DNA of 64,000 nt from Alphaproteobacteria bacterium (GCA_031549365.1 JAVBPX010000007.1:1-64000); one strand, 5' to 3'; positions 18,244-29,660 are shown, counted from the stretch's first letter. Notes: generated by a model not told the origin, from the sequence alone. Numbers and translations: made by a program.

Positions 18244-20088
18244 ATGAAGATCCGCAATATCGCAATTATCGCACACGTTGACCACGGCAAAACAACCTTG
18301 GTTGATAATATGTTAAAACAATCCGGCACATTCCGCGAAAACGAAAAGGTTGCTGAACGCATGATGGATTCGGGCGACATTGAACGCGAACGCGGCATTA
18401 CAATCAGTGCGAAACCAACATCCATTATATGGAATGATTATAAAATTAATATTATCGACACACCTGGGCACGCAGACTTTGGCGGCGAAGTAGAACGAAT
18501 TTTATCAATGGTTGATGGCGTTGTATTATTGGTCGACAGTGCCGAAGGCCCAATGCCACAAACAAAATTCGTACTGGGCAAGGCTTTAAAACTGGACCTC
18601 CACCCGATTGTTGTGATTAATAAAATCGACCGAAACGATCAACGCGCGGACGAAGTATTAACCGAAGTATTCGACCTGTTCGACAAAATGGGCGCGACAA
18701 ATTCTCAATTGGACTTTCCACATTTATATGCTGTCGGCCGCGAAGGCTGGGCCATCCGTAATCTAAACGATGAACGCAAAGATTTAACACCATTATTTAA
18801 CATGATCATTGATCACGTACCTGCCCCTGACTGTATTGCGGGCCGTTGCGAATTAAACGCACCATTTAAAATGTTGGCAACCACATTGGAATCAGATCCA
18901 TATGTTGGACGAATCTTGACTGGTAAAATTGAATCTGGAACGGTAAAAATCAACCAACCAGTACATGCAATTGATATGAACGGCAACATTGTTGAACGTG
19001 CCAAGGTTACAAAAATCATTGAACATCGCGGCATGCAAAAGGTTACCCTGGAATCCGCCAACGCCGGCGACATCGTTGTAATCGCTGGATTTACCAAAGC
19101 TACTGTTTCTGATACACTATGTGATACAACTGTAACCGAACCGATTCCTGCATTACCAATTGATCCTCCAACACTGTCGATGACATTTTCTGTGAATACA
19201 TCACCCTTGGCTGGGCGCAGTGGCGGGAAAAAATTAACATCTCGCATGATCGGCGACCGTTTATTCAAAGAAGCCGAAACAAACATTGCATTAAAGGTCA
19301 ACGTCAGTGAGAGCAACGAATCATTCGAAGTATCTGGCCGTGGCGAATTACAATTGGGAATTTTAATTGAAACAATGCGCCGCGAAGGATTCGAATTATC
19401 CGTATCCCGCCCACGTGTTATGTTCAAATACGATGAAAACGGCGCACGCCTTGAACCAATCGAAGACGTTGTAATTGATGTCGACGAAGAATACTCTGGC
19501 GTTGTTGTTGAAAAATTATCAAAACGTCGTGCAACTCTGTTGGAAATGAAACCATCGGGATCTGGAAAACTACGTTTAATTTTCTCGGCACCATCCCGTG
19601 GATTAATCGGATACTTATCCGAATTCCGCACAGACACACGCGGATCAGGAATCATGAACCGAGTATTTAATGGTTACGAACCATACCGTGGCGACATTGA
19701 ACATTACCGTAACGGCGTATTGGTATCCATGGAAACCGGCATGGCCGTAACATACGCACTATATAATTTGGAATCACGCGGAACCTTGTTTGTTGAACAC
19801 GGGACATCGGTATATTCAGGTATGATTATCGGCGAAAATGCCAAAGACAATGATTTGGAAGTAAACCCAATCAAAGGCAAAGAATTAACCAACATGCGCG
19901 CATCTGGATCCGATGAAAAACAATTCTTGGCTCCTCCTCGCCGCATGTCATTGGAAGAATCACTTTCATACATCTTGGACGATGAATTGGTCGAAGTAAC
20001 TCCAGACGTAATCCGCCTCCGCAAAAAAGAATTGGATTCGGTCATTCGCAAAAAGAACCTCGGCCGTAAAAACAAAATCGGAGAATAA
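18244..20088 (+). CDS. typA: Translational GTPase TypA/BipA
   Basis: [48 protein letters not shown] and LTNMRASG. Confidence 0.98.
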   Translation: MKIRNIAIIAHVDHGKTTLVDNMLKQSGTFRENEKVAERMMDSGDIERERGITISAKPTSIIWNDYKINIIDTPGHADFGGEVERILSMVDGVVLLVDSAEGPMPQTKFVLGKALKLDLHPIVVINKIDRNDQRADEVLTEVFDLFDKMGATNSQLDFPHLYAVGREGWAIRNLNDERKDLTPLFNMIIDHVPAPDCIAGRCELNAPFKMLATTLESDPYVGRILTGKIESGTVKINQPVHAIDMNGNIVERAKVTKIIEHRGMQKVTLESANAGDIVVIAGFTKATVSDTLCDTTVTEPIPALPIDPPTLSMTFSVNTSPLAGRSGGKKLTSRMIGDRLFKEAETNIALKVNVSESNESFEVSGRGELQLGILIETMRREGFELSVSRPRVMFKYDENGARLEPIEDVVIDVDEEYSGVVVEKLSKRRATLLEMKPSGSGKLRLIFSAPSRGLIGYLSEFRTDTRGSGIMNRVFNGYEPYRGDIEHYRNGVLVSMETGMAVTYALYNLESRGTLFVEHGTSVYSGMIIGENAKDNDLEVNPIKGKELTNMRASGSDEKQFLAPPRRMSLEESLSYILDDELVEVTPDVIRLRKKELDSVIRKKNLGRKNKIGE

Positions 20089-20097
20089 AAATCCCTT

Positions 20098-20176
20098 ATA
20101 AAAACCATCTCTCCCCGTTGGGGAGAGATCATAAAACATATGATCTTCGATCATCATGTTTTATAGAGAGGGGGAT
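20098..20176. repeat. Family A repeat core
   Basis: AAAACCATCTCTCCCCGTTGGGGAGAGATCATAAAACATATGATCTTCGATCATCATGTTTTATAGAGAGGGGG. Confidence 0.9.
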
Positions 20177-20260
20177 AGCAACAAAACTATTAACACATTA
20201 TTGCATCCTTTAAAAAAATATGCTATAAATCCAAACGAAAATAAGACCAAAGGACAAAAA

Positions 20261-20812
20261 ATGAAAGACTTCATGAAATCATTCCGCGCATTTTCGGAAA
20301 GCCGTAATATATTGGGCGTTGGAATCGGTGTGGCCCTGGGTGCCAGCTTTGCAAAAATCGTCGAATCCATGGTCCGCGATATTATAATGCCACCATTGGG
20401 ATTAATTTTCGGAACGGTGGATTTATCGAATATATTCTTTACAATATATCCCGGCAACGATGGCAAAATGATTTATAAAACCCTGGCCGATGCACAATCC
20501 GCGCACGCAATAACAATGAACGTCGGATCATTTTTAAATACAATAATCAGCTTTACTCTTGCCGCCATCGCGGTATTCTTGGTCATCCGCTGGCTCAGCC
20601 GCACAAACATAATGATTGATTCCACTGCATCCCGCACAAAATCATGCCCGTTTTGTTTATCGGACATTCCGTACCGCGCAACCAAATGTAAATTTTGCAC
20701 ATCAACTCAACCGGAATTAAAACCATCAAAACAAAAACGCGAAAAATCAATTGATGAAAAACTGGTCCACGAAATAAAACGCAGCGTCAAAAAAATCAAA
20801 AAACATATCTAA
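20261..20812 (+). CDS. mscL: Large-conductance mechanosensitive channel MscL with C-terminal CxxC-CxxC
   Basis: FRAF..SRNILGVGIGVALGASFAKIVESMVRDIIMPPLG and GSFLNTIISF. Confidence 0.9.
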   Translation: MKDFMKSFRAFSESRNILGVGIGVALGASFAKIVESMVRDIIMPPLGLIFGTVDLSNIFFTIYPGNDGKMIYKTLADAQSAHAITMNVGSFLNTIISFTLAAIAVFLVIRWLSRTNIMIDSTASRTKSCPFCLSDIPYRATKCKFCTSTQPELKPSKQKREKSIDEKLVHEIKRSVKKIKKHI

Positions 20813-20814
20813 AC

Positions 20815-20839
20815 AAAAATCCCCATCTGGGGATTTTTT
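20815..20839. terminator. Bidirectional intrinsic terminator
   Basis: AAAAATCCCCA-TC-TGGGGATTTTTT between the convergent mscL and antiporter genes. Confidence 0.7.
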
Positions 20840-20918
20840 AATCAATAGTTTCACTCCATTATACAAACATCGTCCGCAATCGATAATAATACAAATAAAA
20901 AAGCAAATCCGATAAAAA

Positions 20919-21857
20919 TCACATCCTGGTCAATAAAAATGCGAAATAAACTCCATACGCACCTAAATATAAAAACGCATCCTGCTTTGTGATTTTTTTA
21001 CGAACAATCATGGACCAAGCCAATAATCCCACGGCCATCAACAAAACCCAAATATCAAATGTCTGAATTGAACCTGAAATTTTCAATGGGCTGATAATGC
21101 CGGCCAATCCCAATAATAAAACTATACGAATAAAACTTGAACCCAAAATATTTCCAAACGCAATATTAGTCTTGTTATTCTTGACCGCCATCAACGTAAT
21201 AATAAATTCTGGCATGGATGTCGCCATTGCCACAACAAACGTACCAACAAATGCCTGACTTAAATTATACTGACTTAAAATCTCCATCAAAGCATCAAAA
21301 AATACATGTCCTCCAACGATTAAAACTAAACCACCCATCCCAATATATAACCAAATCATTTTCCAAGTCATAAATATCGTCGGCACCAAATCACATGACA
21401 AACAAATAACAACCTGCTTTCTACTGGATAAATATTCACGTAATAAAAATCCGCCAAATAATAACAATAACGCAAATGCTCCAATCCGCGAAACTTCTCC
21501 ATCAATAACCATCAACGTCAACAACGCCGCGGCCAATCCTAAAAATATCATATATGATTTATATCGACCAATTGGAATATCCAACGTACGAATTAACCCG
21601 GCCAATCCTAATAATAATAAAATCGCAATTAAATTTGCCCCAATAACGCCACCAACTGCAACATCCCCTAAACCTCGTGCTGCTGCGCCAATTGTTACAA
21701 CCAATTCCGGCAAGCACCCGCCCAATCCTATAACCAGTACCGCCACACAAAACTCGGGCCATCCTAAACGCGCCGACAAACGACACGTTCCTCGAACTAA
21801 ATACTCGGCACCAAAAAACATAGCAGCCATTCCCAAAATCAACCACACCCAAGCCAT
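20919..21857 (-). CDS. Calcium/sodium antiporter (CaCA, YrbG-like)
   Basis: Two alpha repeats, GGCLPEL...GGVIGAN and ATSMPEF...GNILGSS; multiple TMs. Confidence 0.9.
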   Translation of the reverse strand: MAWVWLILGMAAMFFGAEYLVRGTCRLSARLGWPEFCVAVLVIGLGGCLPELVVTIGAAARGLGDVAVGGVIGANLIAILLLLGLAGLIRTLDIPIGRYKSYMIFLGLAAALLTLMVIDGEVSRIGAFALLLLFGGFLLREYLSSRKQVVICLSCDLVPTIFMTWKMIWLYIGMGGLVLIVGGHVFFDALMEILSQYNLSQAFVGTFVVAMATSMPEFIITLMAVKNNKTNIAFGNILGSSFIRIVLLLGLAGIISPLKISGSIQTFDIWVLLMAVGLLAWSMIVRKKITKQDAFLYLGAYGVYFAFLLTRM

Positions 21858-21880
21858 AATCTCTCTCCCTATAAAATATA

Positions 21881-22801
21881 TTATCCGTGAATTAAGCGAC
21901 CAATTTTTCTAATAATCGGCATATCAATTTTATATCGATCTGCCAAAATTAAAATTGCTTTAATTGCTTCGACACCTTCGGATAACATTGGTTTTTCATC
22001 ATGAATTTGTTGCATAGTTTTACCCTGCCCCAACATAAACCCAGTTAAATAATTTCGACCTGTCACCGACGTAGCGGACAAAACCAAATCCCCTAAACCT
22101 GGAATATCCAAAAAAGTTTCCATTTTGGCGCCCATCACTAATCCTAAATTAACAATCTCTTTCCACGCCAATGCCATCTGACCGGCACGTGCATTTTCAC
22201 CACCACCGGCTCCGGCAATATAGCCAACAGCCAAAGCAACAACATTTTTACCAGCCCCGCACAATTGAACACCAACAACATCGTCTGATAAAACAACATG
22301 AAAATTGTCGCTATCCACTGCTTGCTTTGCCAATTCATTTAACTTTTTATCTTTGGCCGCAATCATTGTCCAGGTTTCCATTCCCTGGGCAACTTCACCG
22401 GCGAATTGTGGCCCGCCCAACACGGCAACCGAAACGTCGGGCAATTCTTCACGAACAACATCCGCCATAAAATGGGCAGTATTCGCCTCAATTCCCTTGG
22501 TACACATAACAATTGATGGACATTTTTCCCATTTCGCCATTTCCTTTAAAACACCACGGGAAAAACGCGAAGGCACAACAAACAATAATAAATCCATATA
22601 TTGCAATTCGGACAAATCATTCGTCGCAACAATTGCGAAATCCAATTTAACATCAGACAAATAAGGTGTTTCATGCATCTGATTAATTCCATCTGCAATC
22701 TCTTGTTCACGAACCCAAACTAAAACCGAATTTCCTGCACGCACCACAGCGGTTGATAACCCAGTCCCCCAAGCACCACCACCAATAACACCAACTTTCA
22801 T
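21881..22801 (-). CDS. gpsA: NAD(P)H-dependent glycerol-3-phosphate dehydrogenase
   Basis: GGGAWGT, TKGIE, GAGKNVVALAVG and GLGDLVLSATS..GRN. Confidence 0.95.
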   Translation of the reverse strand: MKVGVIGGGAWGTGLSTAVVRAGNSVLVWVREQEIADGINQMHETPYLSDVKLDFAIVATNDLSELQYMDLLLFVVPSRFSRGVLKEMAKWEKCPSIVMCTKGIEANTAHFMADVVREELPDVSVAVLGGPQFAGEVAQGMETWTMIAAKDKKLNELAKQAVDSDNFHVVLSDDVVGVQLCGAGKNVVALAVGYIAGAGGGENARAGQMALAWKEIVNLGLVMGAKMETFLDIPGLGDLVLSATSVTGRNYLTGFMLGQGKTMQQIHDEKPMLSEGVEAIKAILILADRYKIDMPIIRKIGRLIHG

Positions 22802-22974
22802 AACAACTCCTTTTGAATTGACGACATTATATCAAAACCACCCCCATTAATCCAAGACAATAAAACACCCGCCTAAATAGAAACAGCATTTTAAAAAAAT
22901 TCGATATAAAATTACAAAATCTTCAAATTAAGAAAACAAAACTGTTGAAAACATTGCTAAACCCCAAAGCTATG

Positions 22975-23403
22975 CTAACGGGCGCGACACAAAGTTTTTT
23001 CAATTATTGCGACAATACTTTTAAAATCTTTTGATTCAATATTTACATTTGGTAAATTTGCAGGTTTATACATTCCAGATTTTTTCATAAATAATGCTAA
23101 ATTATTTTCAATAAAAATCGGTCCACCAATCGTTCCAACAGGATAAACCTCAATTATATTATCAAACGGGGATTGTTCCCCAAAAGAGGTTGTCATCAAC
23201 CAAGAATGCTCAAAACCCGGCATATAATACCCTGTTTCAACCCTTAAATTGTATATTTTCGCAACCGCATGACAGATTTCATGGCACGAAATCAAATGAT
23301 CCTCAGGCAGATTAAATTTATCCACAGAATCAAGAACCCTCTTGATACTTTTAAAAATATCAAGCTCTTGTTGTTTTACAATATATTCTGTACGTGTTTT
23401 CAT
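22975..23403 (-). CDS. Hypothetical protein
   Basis: ORF of ~142 aa from MKTRTEY with CHEIC and EHSW motifs; no family recognised. Confidence 0.55.
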   Translation of the reverse strand: MKTRTEYIVKQQELDIFKSIKRVLDSVDKFNLPEDHLISCHEICHAVAKIYNLRVETGYYMPGFEHSWLMTTSFGEQSPFDNIIEVYPVGTIGGPIFIENNLALFMKKSGMYKPANLPNVNIESKDFKSIVAIIEKTLCRAR

Positions 23404-23581
23404 TACAAAGACAATCTTATTATAATTATTATGATATTCAAGAAAAATAAAACCCAACCCAAAACAAATAGATCTCGGTAAAATCATATATTAATTGCGC
23501 CCAAACAATTATAATTTGATACAAATGCCCATTTATGATAAAATACACCACATAACCATTTATACACACAGGAATATAATC

Positions 23582-26290
23582 ATGCAGAAAATTTTAACAT
23601 CCATGGCGATATTGATTCTGACTGCACCAACGTTACAATCTGCAACTATTACTATCGATTCTTCTAATTCTCCTTATACTTCTGACATAACTGCGGGCAA
23701 CATTGGCAACATTAATGCCACGGGTTCAACCTCTGGAATATCCGTTACCGGCACCGGCACAGCCGCCGCAACCCAAGGCTTGGCAAACAACGTCGGCGGC
23801 ACGATGAACAACACGACGATTTATGGCACTGGAACTGGCGCAAACCAGGGTTTTGTTGTTAACTCTGGCGGCGGCACTATGAACAACACAACCATTACTT
23901 TCGGCGGCCAACTGACTGCCAAGGCAAGGTCTATTATTGACGGTGGATCATTAAATACCGGCGGCACATTGGTTTTTGACAATACATCAAACAGTGCGAT
24001 CAATCGTTCAACTTTGCGCAATTTTACAATTGCTGACGGCACAATCACTACAAATGCGGCCAATTATTATAATTTTGAAAATTTACTTATAACAAAAACT
24101 GCCAAAACAACCATCTTGAATACAAACATTATCGGCAATAACATCCAGGTAATAAATAATTCCGCAACGCATTCTGACGATAATAACTACAGGCTGGAAA
24201 TGTCAACCGCTGGCGCACTAGAAGCAGATGGCTTGTTGTTACACAGCGCACGCATTAATAACGCCACCAGATTTGCATTAACAAATGTTACAGTTGATCA
24301 AAACGATCAAAATGCCCGCGCATCGCTTCTTATCAGCGGAACAACAAAAATTAATACGCTTGAAAATTTGACTATTATGGCGAACGATTTCTACCCTGTT
24401 GGCACATACAATATTGATTTTCTGATGTCCGGGATTACCGGATCCACATTAACAAACGCGAATGTAACTGGGGCCAGCATCAGATTCATTGCTCAAAACG
24501 ATGTTGTGTTGACCGGCCTTAATTTTGACGCCCAGGAATCAAAAATACAATTCAAAAACAATACTGTTGTGTCAAATTCCACTTTTGTTATTTTCAATTC
24601 CACATCTGGCGAAAGATTCGACTTGAACGACAACGCAACTCTTCGCGATTCCAGCATTTCTGGCACCGGGGAATTATGGGCCAATTCAAATTCAAAAGTT
24701 TTAAACACCGAACTGTCCGGAATCAGATTCCAACTTAACGGTTCGACATCAATTGCCCAAGGAATTACATTTAACAATGGAGCATCTGTTTATTTTGGCA
24801 CTGTCGGATCAGTATTAAAAGACGTAACTGTAAATTCCGGATCTTTTGTTGAACTGGCAAATGCCGCCAATTCTTTAACTGGCACAAATGTTTTTAACTC
24901 GGGCAGTTATTTAAACATCATTTCAAACGTCACCACCAATTATCTTTTAACCGACTCTGGATCTTCATTGGAATTGAATGGTGCAAAAATATTTATAACA
25001 GCAGGTACGACATATCAGCACAACATCAGAAATGTAACAATAAACAACCTGTCGGGAAATGGAACTTTGGATCTTGCCATTTCTGGGGCAAATTCAGATC
25101 AGATTGATTTAAAATATATAATGCAAGGAAATCTTTCTGGCGATTATGTTTTTACTTACTCCGGCGACCTTGCCAGCAACTTGCTTAATGCAGACATTCT
25201 GGACGTATCCGGCGCCACCGTTTCAAATGCAACTTTTTCATTTTTTGACACAGTAAATGGTTATCAATATTTATTACGCGAAAATCCCAATTCACCAGGA
25301 GTATTCCAAATTTATCAGGCAGGCATCGCGGATTCAGTTTACAATGTTGCCGCCATGCGTTCAGCATTGTTGGCGTACACACGCAGCTTGAATAACGCAT
25401 TGCACAAACGCAGCGGCGAAATCCAAGAAATGGTGCATAACATAAAATCCGATGAAAACGACAATCACAAGCATTATCATTCGTCAAAACGCAATTCACT
25501 GTGGGCACGTCCTGTGGCCGGGATTGGCAATGTTTCAGACAATCAGAATACAGACATACAGTTCTATGGATTCGAATTGGGATATGATCATGATATATGG
25601 TCCGGAAAAACATTCGATATTTTCCTAGGCGGGCTGTATGGTTATAACAATGGAAAATTTGATTTTGACCAACACTTTGACTTTAACACTGCGTCGGCTA
25701 AAATTGATACTCAATACACAGGCATATATTTAACATATTTATCAGACAATGGTTTTTATGTCGACACCACAGTACGTTATTATTGGTTTGATTATGATAT
25801 GACCAATACATCACCTTCTGTTGATACAATGGAAACTGGTAAAACCGACGCTGTTTCCGCCAGCCTAGAAGCCGGGAAACAAATATCGCTTGGCATATTC
25901 GGGAACAAGGAATATTTCATTCAACCACGCACAGAATTAACGTTCACAAAAATAAACGCAGAATCCGGATTGAATGCAATTATTGATACGACGAAATCGC
26001 TGGTTGGCGACCTTGGACTTATGATTGGCTGGCGCGATTTTGGTTACAACGAAAATGTTTTTGAACCATACCTTTGGCTTGGTTACAAATATGAATTCAT
26101 GGGCAAGACAGACGTAACAAACAGCGGCATACAAATGATCAGCGATCTAAACGGTGGCGCTCTGAATACAGGGATTGGAATTACAGCTCAACTATCGAAC
26201 AGCATACGAATTTACGGCCACATAAACTATGATTATTCTTCTGAATACGACATGCTAAACGGCAGCATCGGATTACGTTACCAGTTCTAA
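23582..26290 (+). CDS. Autotransporter (AIDA-like beta-helical passenger plus beta-barrel)
   Basis: Signal peptide, N/T/G/S-rich repeats, C-terminal barrel (LWAR, GFELGYD, YFIQPRTEL) ending GLRYQF. Confidence 0.9.
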   Translation: MQKILTSMAILILTAPTLQSATITIDSSNSPYTSDITAGNIGNINATGSTSGISVTGTGTAAATQGLANNVGGTMNNTTIYGTGTGANQGFVVNSGGGTMNNTTITFGGQLTAKARSIIDGGSLNTGGTLVFDNTSNSAINRSTLRNFTIADGTITTNAANYYNFENLLITKTAKTTILNTNIIGNNIQVINNSATHSDDNNYRLEMSTAGALEADGLLLHSARINNATRFALTNVTVDQNDQNARASLLISGTTKINTLENLTIMANDFYPVGTYNIDFLMSGITGSTLTNANVTGASIRFIAQNDVVLTGLNFDAQESKIQFKNNTVVSNSTFVIFNSTSGERFDLNDNATLRDSSISGTGELWANSNSKVLNTELSGIRFQLNGSTSIAQGITFNNGASVYFGTVGSVLKDVTVNSGSFVELANAANSLTGTNVFNSGSYLNIISNVTTNYLLTDSGSSLELNGAKIFITAGTTYQHNIRNVTINNLSGNGTLDLAISGANSDQIDLKYIMQGNLSGDYVFTYSGDLASNLLNADILDVSGATVSNATFSFFDTVNGYQYLLRENPNSPGVFQIYQAGIADSVYNVAAMRSALLAYTRSLNNALHKRSGEIQEMVHNIKSDENDNHKHYHSSKRNSLWARPVAGIGNVSDNQNTDIQFYGFELGYDHDIWSGKTFDIFLGGLYGYNNGKFDFDQHFDFNTASAKIDTQYTGIYLTYLSDNGFYVDTTVRYYWFDYDMTNTSPSVDTMETGKTDAVSASLEAGKQISLGIFGNKEYFIQPRTELTFTKINAESGLNAIIDTTKSLVGDLGLMIGWRDFGYNENVFEPYLWLGYKYEFMGKTDVTNSGIQMISDLNGGALNTGIGITAQLSNSIRIYGHINYDYSSEYDMLNGSIGLRYQF

Positions 26291-26298
26291 AAAACCAA

Positions 26299-26739
26299 AT
26301 GTACGAAAGAATTGGTAATGCACATGAAATCGCATCCCATGAAAAAGTGTCCCCAAAGTTGAATCACCACAAAGGCATAAATCTCCCAGAAAATATCGTT
26401 CCTTATTCTGAGTACTGGATTATTTATAATAATGAATATGCCGGTTTTATAACCCTCCGCCATGAATTAAATAGCTTTCTTAAACAACGTGCTGGAAACA
26501 TAGGGTACAATATCCGACCATCCATGCGTGGTCATGGTCTTGCAAAGAAATCATTATTTCTTGTTTTGAAAAAAGCAAAAAATACAGGGTTAAACAAAGT
26601 TTTTATAACTTGTATGGAAACTAACATTGGATCGTTAAAAACAATACTCGTGGCAAAGAAAAAATTTGGTGGTCTAGAATCAACTAAACTTACCGACAAA
26701 GACGGAACATTCCGACGGTTTTGGATTAATACACACTAA
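26299..26739 (+). CDS. GNAT acetyltransferase (possibly N-terminally shortened)
   Basis: LRHELNSFL..AGNIGYNIRPSMRGHG and ITCMETNIGS. Confidence 0.8.
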   Translation: MYERIGNAHEIASHEKVSPKLNHHKGINLPENIVPYSEYWIIYNNEYAGFITLRHELNSFLKQRAGNIGYNIRPSMRGHGLAKKSLFLVLKKAKNTGLNKVFITCMETNIGSLKTILVAKKKFGGLESTKLTDKDGTFRRFWINTH

Positions 26740-26946
26740 TTCCATAATAATATATACCACAAGATATAAGATTTATTAAAATTACAATTCCGCAATTACA
26801 GGCATAACAAAACGTTCATAATATTCGCATAAATTATCAAAATACAAATATTTTTTTGCATCCAAATCCCAAAACTTTGCCGAACAGGAAAAATTGTTTT
26901 TTAACAATCATTGACTTTTTATAGTAAAACCAATAGAGTTTTAATC

Positions 26947-27366
26947 ATGAGAAATGTATTCTGGATTTTTGGCGCAAGCCTATTATTTATATGTAACAAT
27001 GCAAACGCAGATCAATGTGCTTACATAGATAAAAACACAAGAGATAATGCGTATAACATATTGAAATCCACAGATACCTACATAGATTTTTGTGCGCCAT
27101 GCCAAGATATCGAACCAATAGAAAAAAAGATAAATAAAGTCGAATACAAAAAAGTCGATTATATTAAAAACAATATCCAGTTCTATCAAATATATATAAA
27201 CGACGAACCTATAGATATCGCATATATCTATGTTGGCGGGCGAAATCTGGGGGTAGCTGCAAACTGTGAACCATTTGTAGGTCAGCAAGTACAAAATGTT
27301 CCAGAATATATAGCGGATTATTTGTCCGGAAAATGGACTTTGCCACCTGAACGCGAACCAGAATAA
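26947..27366 (+). CDS. Hypothetical secreted protein
   Basis: Signal peptide ending ANA-DQC, FCAPC and IDIAYIYV. Confidence 0.7.
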   Translation: MRNVFWIFGASLLFICNNANADQCAYIDKNTRDNAYNILKSTDTYIDFCAPCQDIEPIEKKINKVEYKKVDYIKNNIQFYQIYINDEPIDIAYIYVGGRNLGVAANCEPFVGQQVQNVPEYIADYLSGKWTLPPEREPE

Positions 27367-27386
27367 CCTGGCTCGCGTTTTACATT

Positions 27387-28610
27387 TTAATAATTATTTG
27401 TTCTGATTGTCCATCCGCCTTTTGCTGTTGGCCAATTCGTAGTTGAACGTAAATAATCAAACCTTACCGCCTTTAAGGTATCCATAAATTCTGGGACTTT
27501 GTTTTCTGGAATTGAATTAATAGCTTTTATTGTATTAGCACCTATTTTGCCATCAACTTTTAACCCTGCATCGGCATAAGAATTTAATGCATTCTGTGTA
27601 ACGCGACCCGCGCCACCCATTACATTCATATCAAATACAGCATTTCTGATACGATCATTTTCTATTTTTGGTATATCCGTTTTATCCCAATATGCATCCT
27701 TATAAATTTCACGCGCTTGTTCTTGCTTCAAATCTTTCACATCTTTTGGGAATTCCTTATCAGGGTGTTTTGCGCTGTAATCATCAAGGGTGCTTTGCTT
27801 GATACCCATATTTGTAGGCTCATCTTTTTTCTGATTCTTTCCATCTGTATAACCACCTTCGGGCTCCTTAAGGTTTTTATACGCTGTTTCAAAGTTTTTA
27901 TCTTTATCCACTTCCTTCTCTTTCCATTCTTTTTTCTTTTCGTTTAACTCTGCCAGTTTAGCTTGTTTCTCAGGATCTGGTTTTCCGTACTCCGCCTCAT
28001 ATTCTTCCTTGGTCATTTCTTCTGCATAACATGCACAATTTGGATGCATCCCACCCGCTTCATTTGGATCGCTTAAAATTGTGCCGGCCATTGATGCGCA
28101 TGCATCACAGCCACCGCCACTGCACCAGACATATACTACCTCTTTATCACAGATGCATACTTCAATTGGCCAACCACAATCTTGGCAATTGGCCTCGTTC
28201 TCTTCCCCTGAATCCAGGATTTCAACATCATAAATTTCAAGATTTTTTGTCTCGATAACATCGTCATTCATCAAAACTCTTACTGGGATTATTTCAGACA
28301 AAATAATCTTGAACTCTGTTTCAGATTCTTCTGCATCCTCATCATTTTCATCGTCACCTTTTTTTATTTGTTTAATTTTCTCATCCAGTTCGACTTTTAT
28401 TTGGGCTTCCGCTTCCTCAAACTGCTCAAGCGTCATATCGTATTCAGGTTCTGCCATACGACCAGTCGCGTCATATTCCAAAGTTCCCGGATAGAACCTT
28501 TGCAATTGCTTTGTAACTTCTGCATTTGTTTTCGAATGGGATGGATTATCTTTATTTATGTACGCGTCCGACCGCATTAGTTTTCTTAAAAACTGTGGTG
28601 TTTTTATCAT
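27387..28610 (-). CDS. GH108 lysozyme with N-terminal acidic and Cys-rich (MuF-like) region
   Basis: EGGY...DEPTNMGI, AREIYKDAYW, VFDMNVMGG, DGKIGANT and GWTIR; upstream CDAC...HPNCAC motif. Confidence 0.8.
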   Translation of the reverse strand: MIKTPQFLRKLMRSDAYINKDNPSHSKTNAEVTKQLQRFYPGTLEYDATGRMAEPEYDMTLEQFEEAEAQIKVELDEKIKQIKKGDDENDEDAEESETEFKIILSEIIPVRVLMNDDVIETKNLEIYDVEILDSGEENEANCQDCGWPIEVCICDKEVVYVWCSGGGCDACASMAGTILSDPNEAGGMHPNCACYAEEMTKEEYEAEYGKPDPEKQAKLAELNEKKKEWKEKEVDKDKNFETAYKNLKEPEGGYTDGKNQKKDEPTNMGIKQSTLDDYSAKHPDKEFPKDVKDLKQEQAREIYKDAYWDKTDIPKIENDRIRNAVFDMNVMGGAGRVTQNALNSYADAGLKVDGKIGANTIKAINSIPENKVPEFMDTLKAVRFDYLRSTTNWPTAKGGWTIRTNNY

Positions 28611-28619
28611 TGGTTTTTC

Positions 28620-28944
28620 CTTTGTTAAATAAAAAGCCCCGCACAATGGCGGGGCAATAAAAAACGGCGGCAAATCCGCCTCAATATGCTTTGCATTGTA
28701 CCACAAATCGTCAAAAAAATCAATAATAAACACCCTTAAAATTCCGACGCACCAATGAACAGTGCACTGCCAAAAACGGGCATTGTATGTAAACATCAAA
28801 ATATCGCCGTATTTTCACATATAAAATTACATACCATTGCAATAACCTTAAAAACACATCAAAAAATCCCCGGATTCCGGGGATAATTCAAGGGCTATTG
28901 ATTTTGTTAAAAATTACAGCAAAATCAACAAGTTATCTGGCGGG
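28620..28944 (-). repeat. att/promoter/leader module, copy at left (paralogue of 52280-52613)
   Basis: AACAGTGCACTGCC...TTATCTGGCGG is clearly homologous to 52428-52613. The homology continues through TTGATT-N17-TACAAT and two leader hairpins. Confidence 0.85.
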
Positions 28945-28982
28945 TGACTAAACTTTTATCAACTGCCCCACACAAGAATTTA

Positions 28983-29195
28983 TCACATTAATAGACCTTT
29001 TGCTCTCATTGACACAATAGTACCAAGACATTTTCTTTGATACTCCTCGTTGATTTTTTCCATACCTTCAGCAATTTTGCTGTCTAATTCATAGCTTTCC
29101 TCTACAGTAAGCTGTGTTATCTTGCCTTGGGCGTATAACTCACGAAAAATCTTAGCTGATCTACTGTTATAATTCAATCTTCTCACGTATTTCAT
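28983..29195 (-). CDS. Small hypothetical protein
   Basis: 70 aa ORF with AAAGGG upstream, lying between two TGGCGG att-like sites. Confidence 0.5.
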   Translation of the reverse strand: MKYVRRLNYNSRSAKIFRELYAQGKITQLTVEESYELDSKIAEGMEKINEEYQRKCLGTIVSMRAKGLLM

Positions 29196-29500
29196 GTCTA
29201 GCCCTTTATCTAAATTTCAACTGAATTGACTCTGTGTTTTATGGCATTATATAGAATGGTAATAAAAATAGCAAGTTTTGCGTATATGTTCCATTGTATA
29301 TAATCACAAAGCCCGCTGTACGCGGGCTTTGTTTGATATTTATACTAAAACACCAGATTACTGGCGGTGGTGTAAATGTTATTGGTGTAGAGCATACTAA
29401 ACGTGATGAACCACTTATAAATTGATCATTTTAAACATTCGGCCATAATCAGCCAAAAGTCAGCGTTTTGCCCTAATACCTTATAAAACCCAACTTCATT

Positions 29501-29660
29501 AACAGGGAAAATACAGGGAATATTTTCGATTTACACCGAATAACCTACCCTTATCGTCATTACCGCACAGGTGGGGATCTATTGACCCGACACTTTACCT
29601 ACTTACCCACAGAAAATTCCCTGCCAAAATAACAGGGAATTTGTTTCAAATATCTGGGAA
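29501..29660. repeat. ACAGGGAA direct/inverted repeat cluster near the island end
   Basis: AACAGGGAA (29501), TACAGGGAA (29512), AAATTCCCTG...CAGGGAATTT inverted pair (29614-29642) and TCTGGGAA (~29653). Confidence 0.7.

Noticed and set aside
18813-20132. Minus-strand ORFs 18813-19655 and 19704-20132
   Set aside because: Antisense to the highly conserved typA gene, with no protein motifs.
20261-20812. Zinc-finger tail on MscL as a novelty
   Set aside because: CPxC..CxxC tails are common in MscL homologues.
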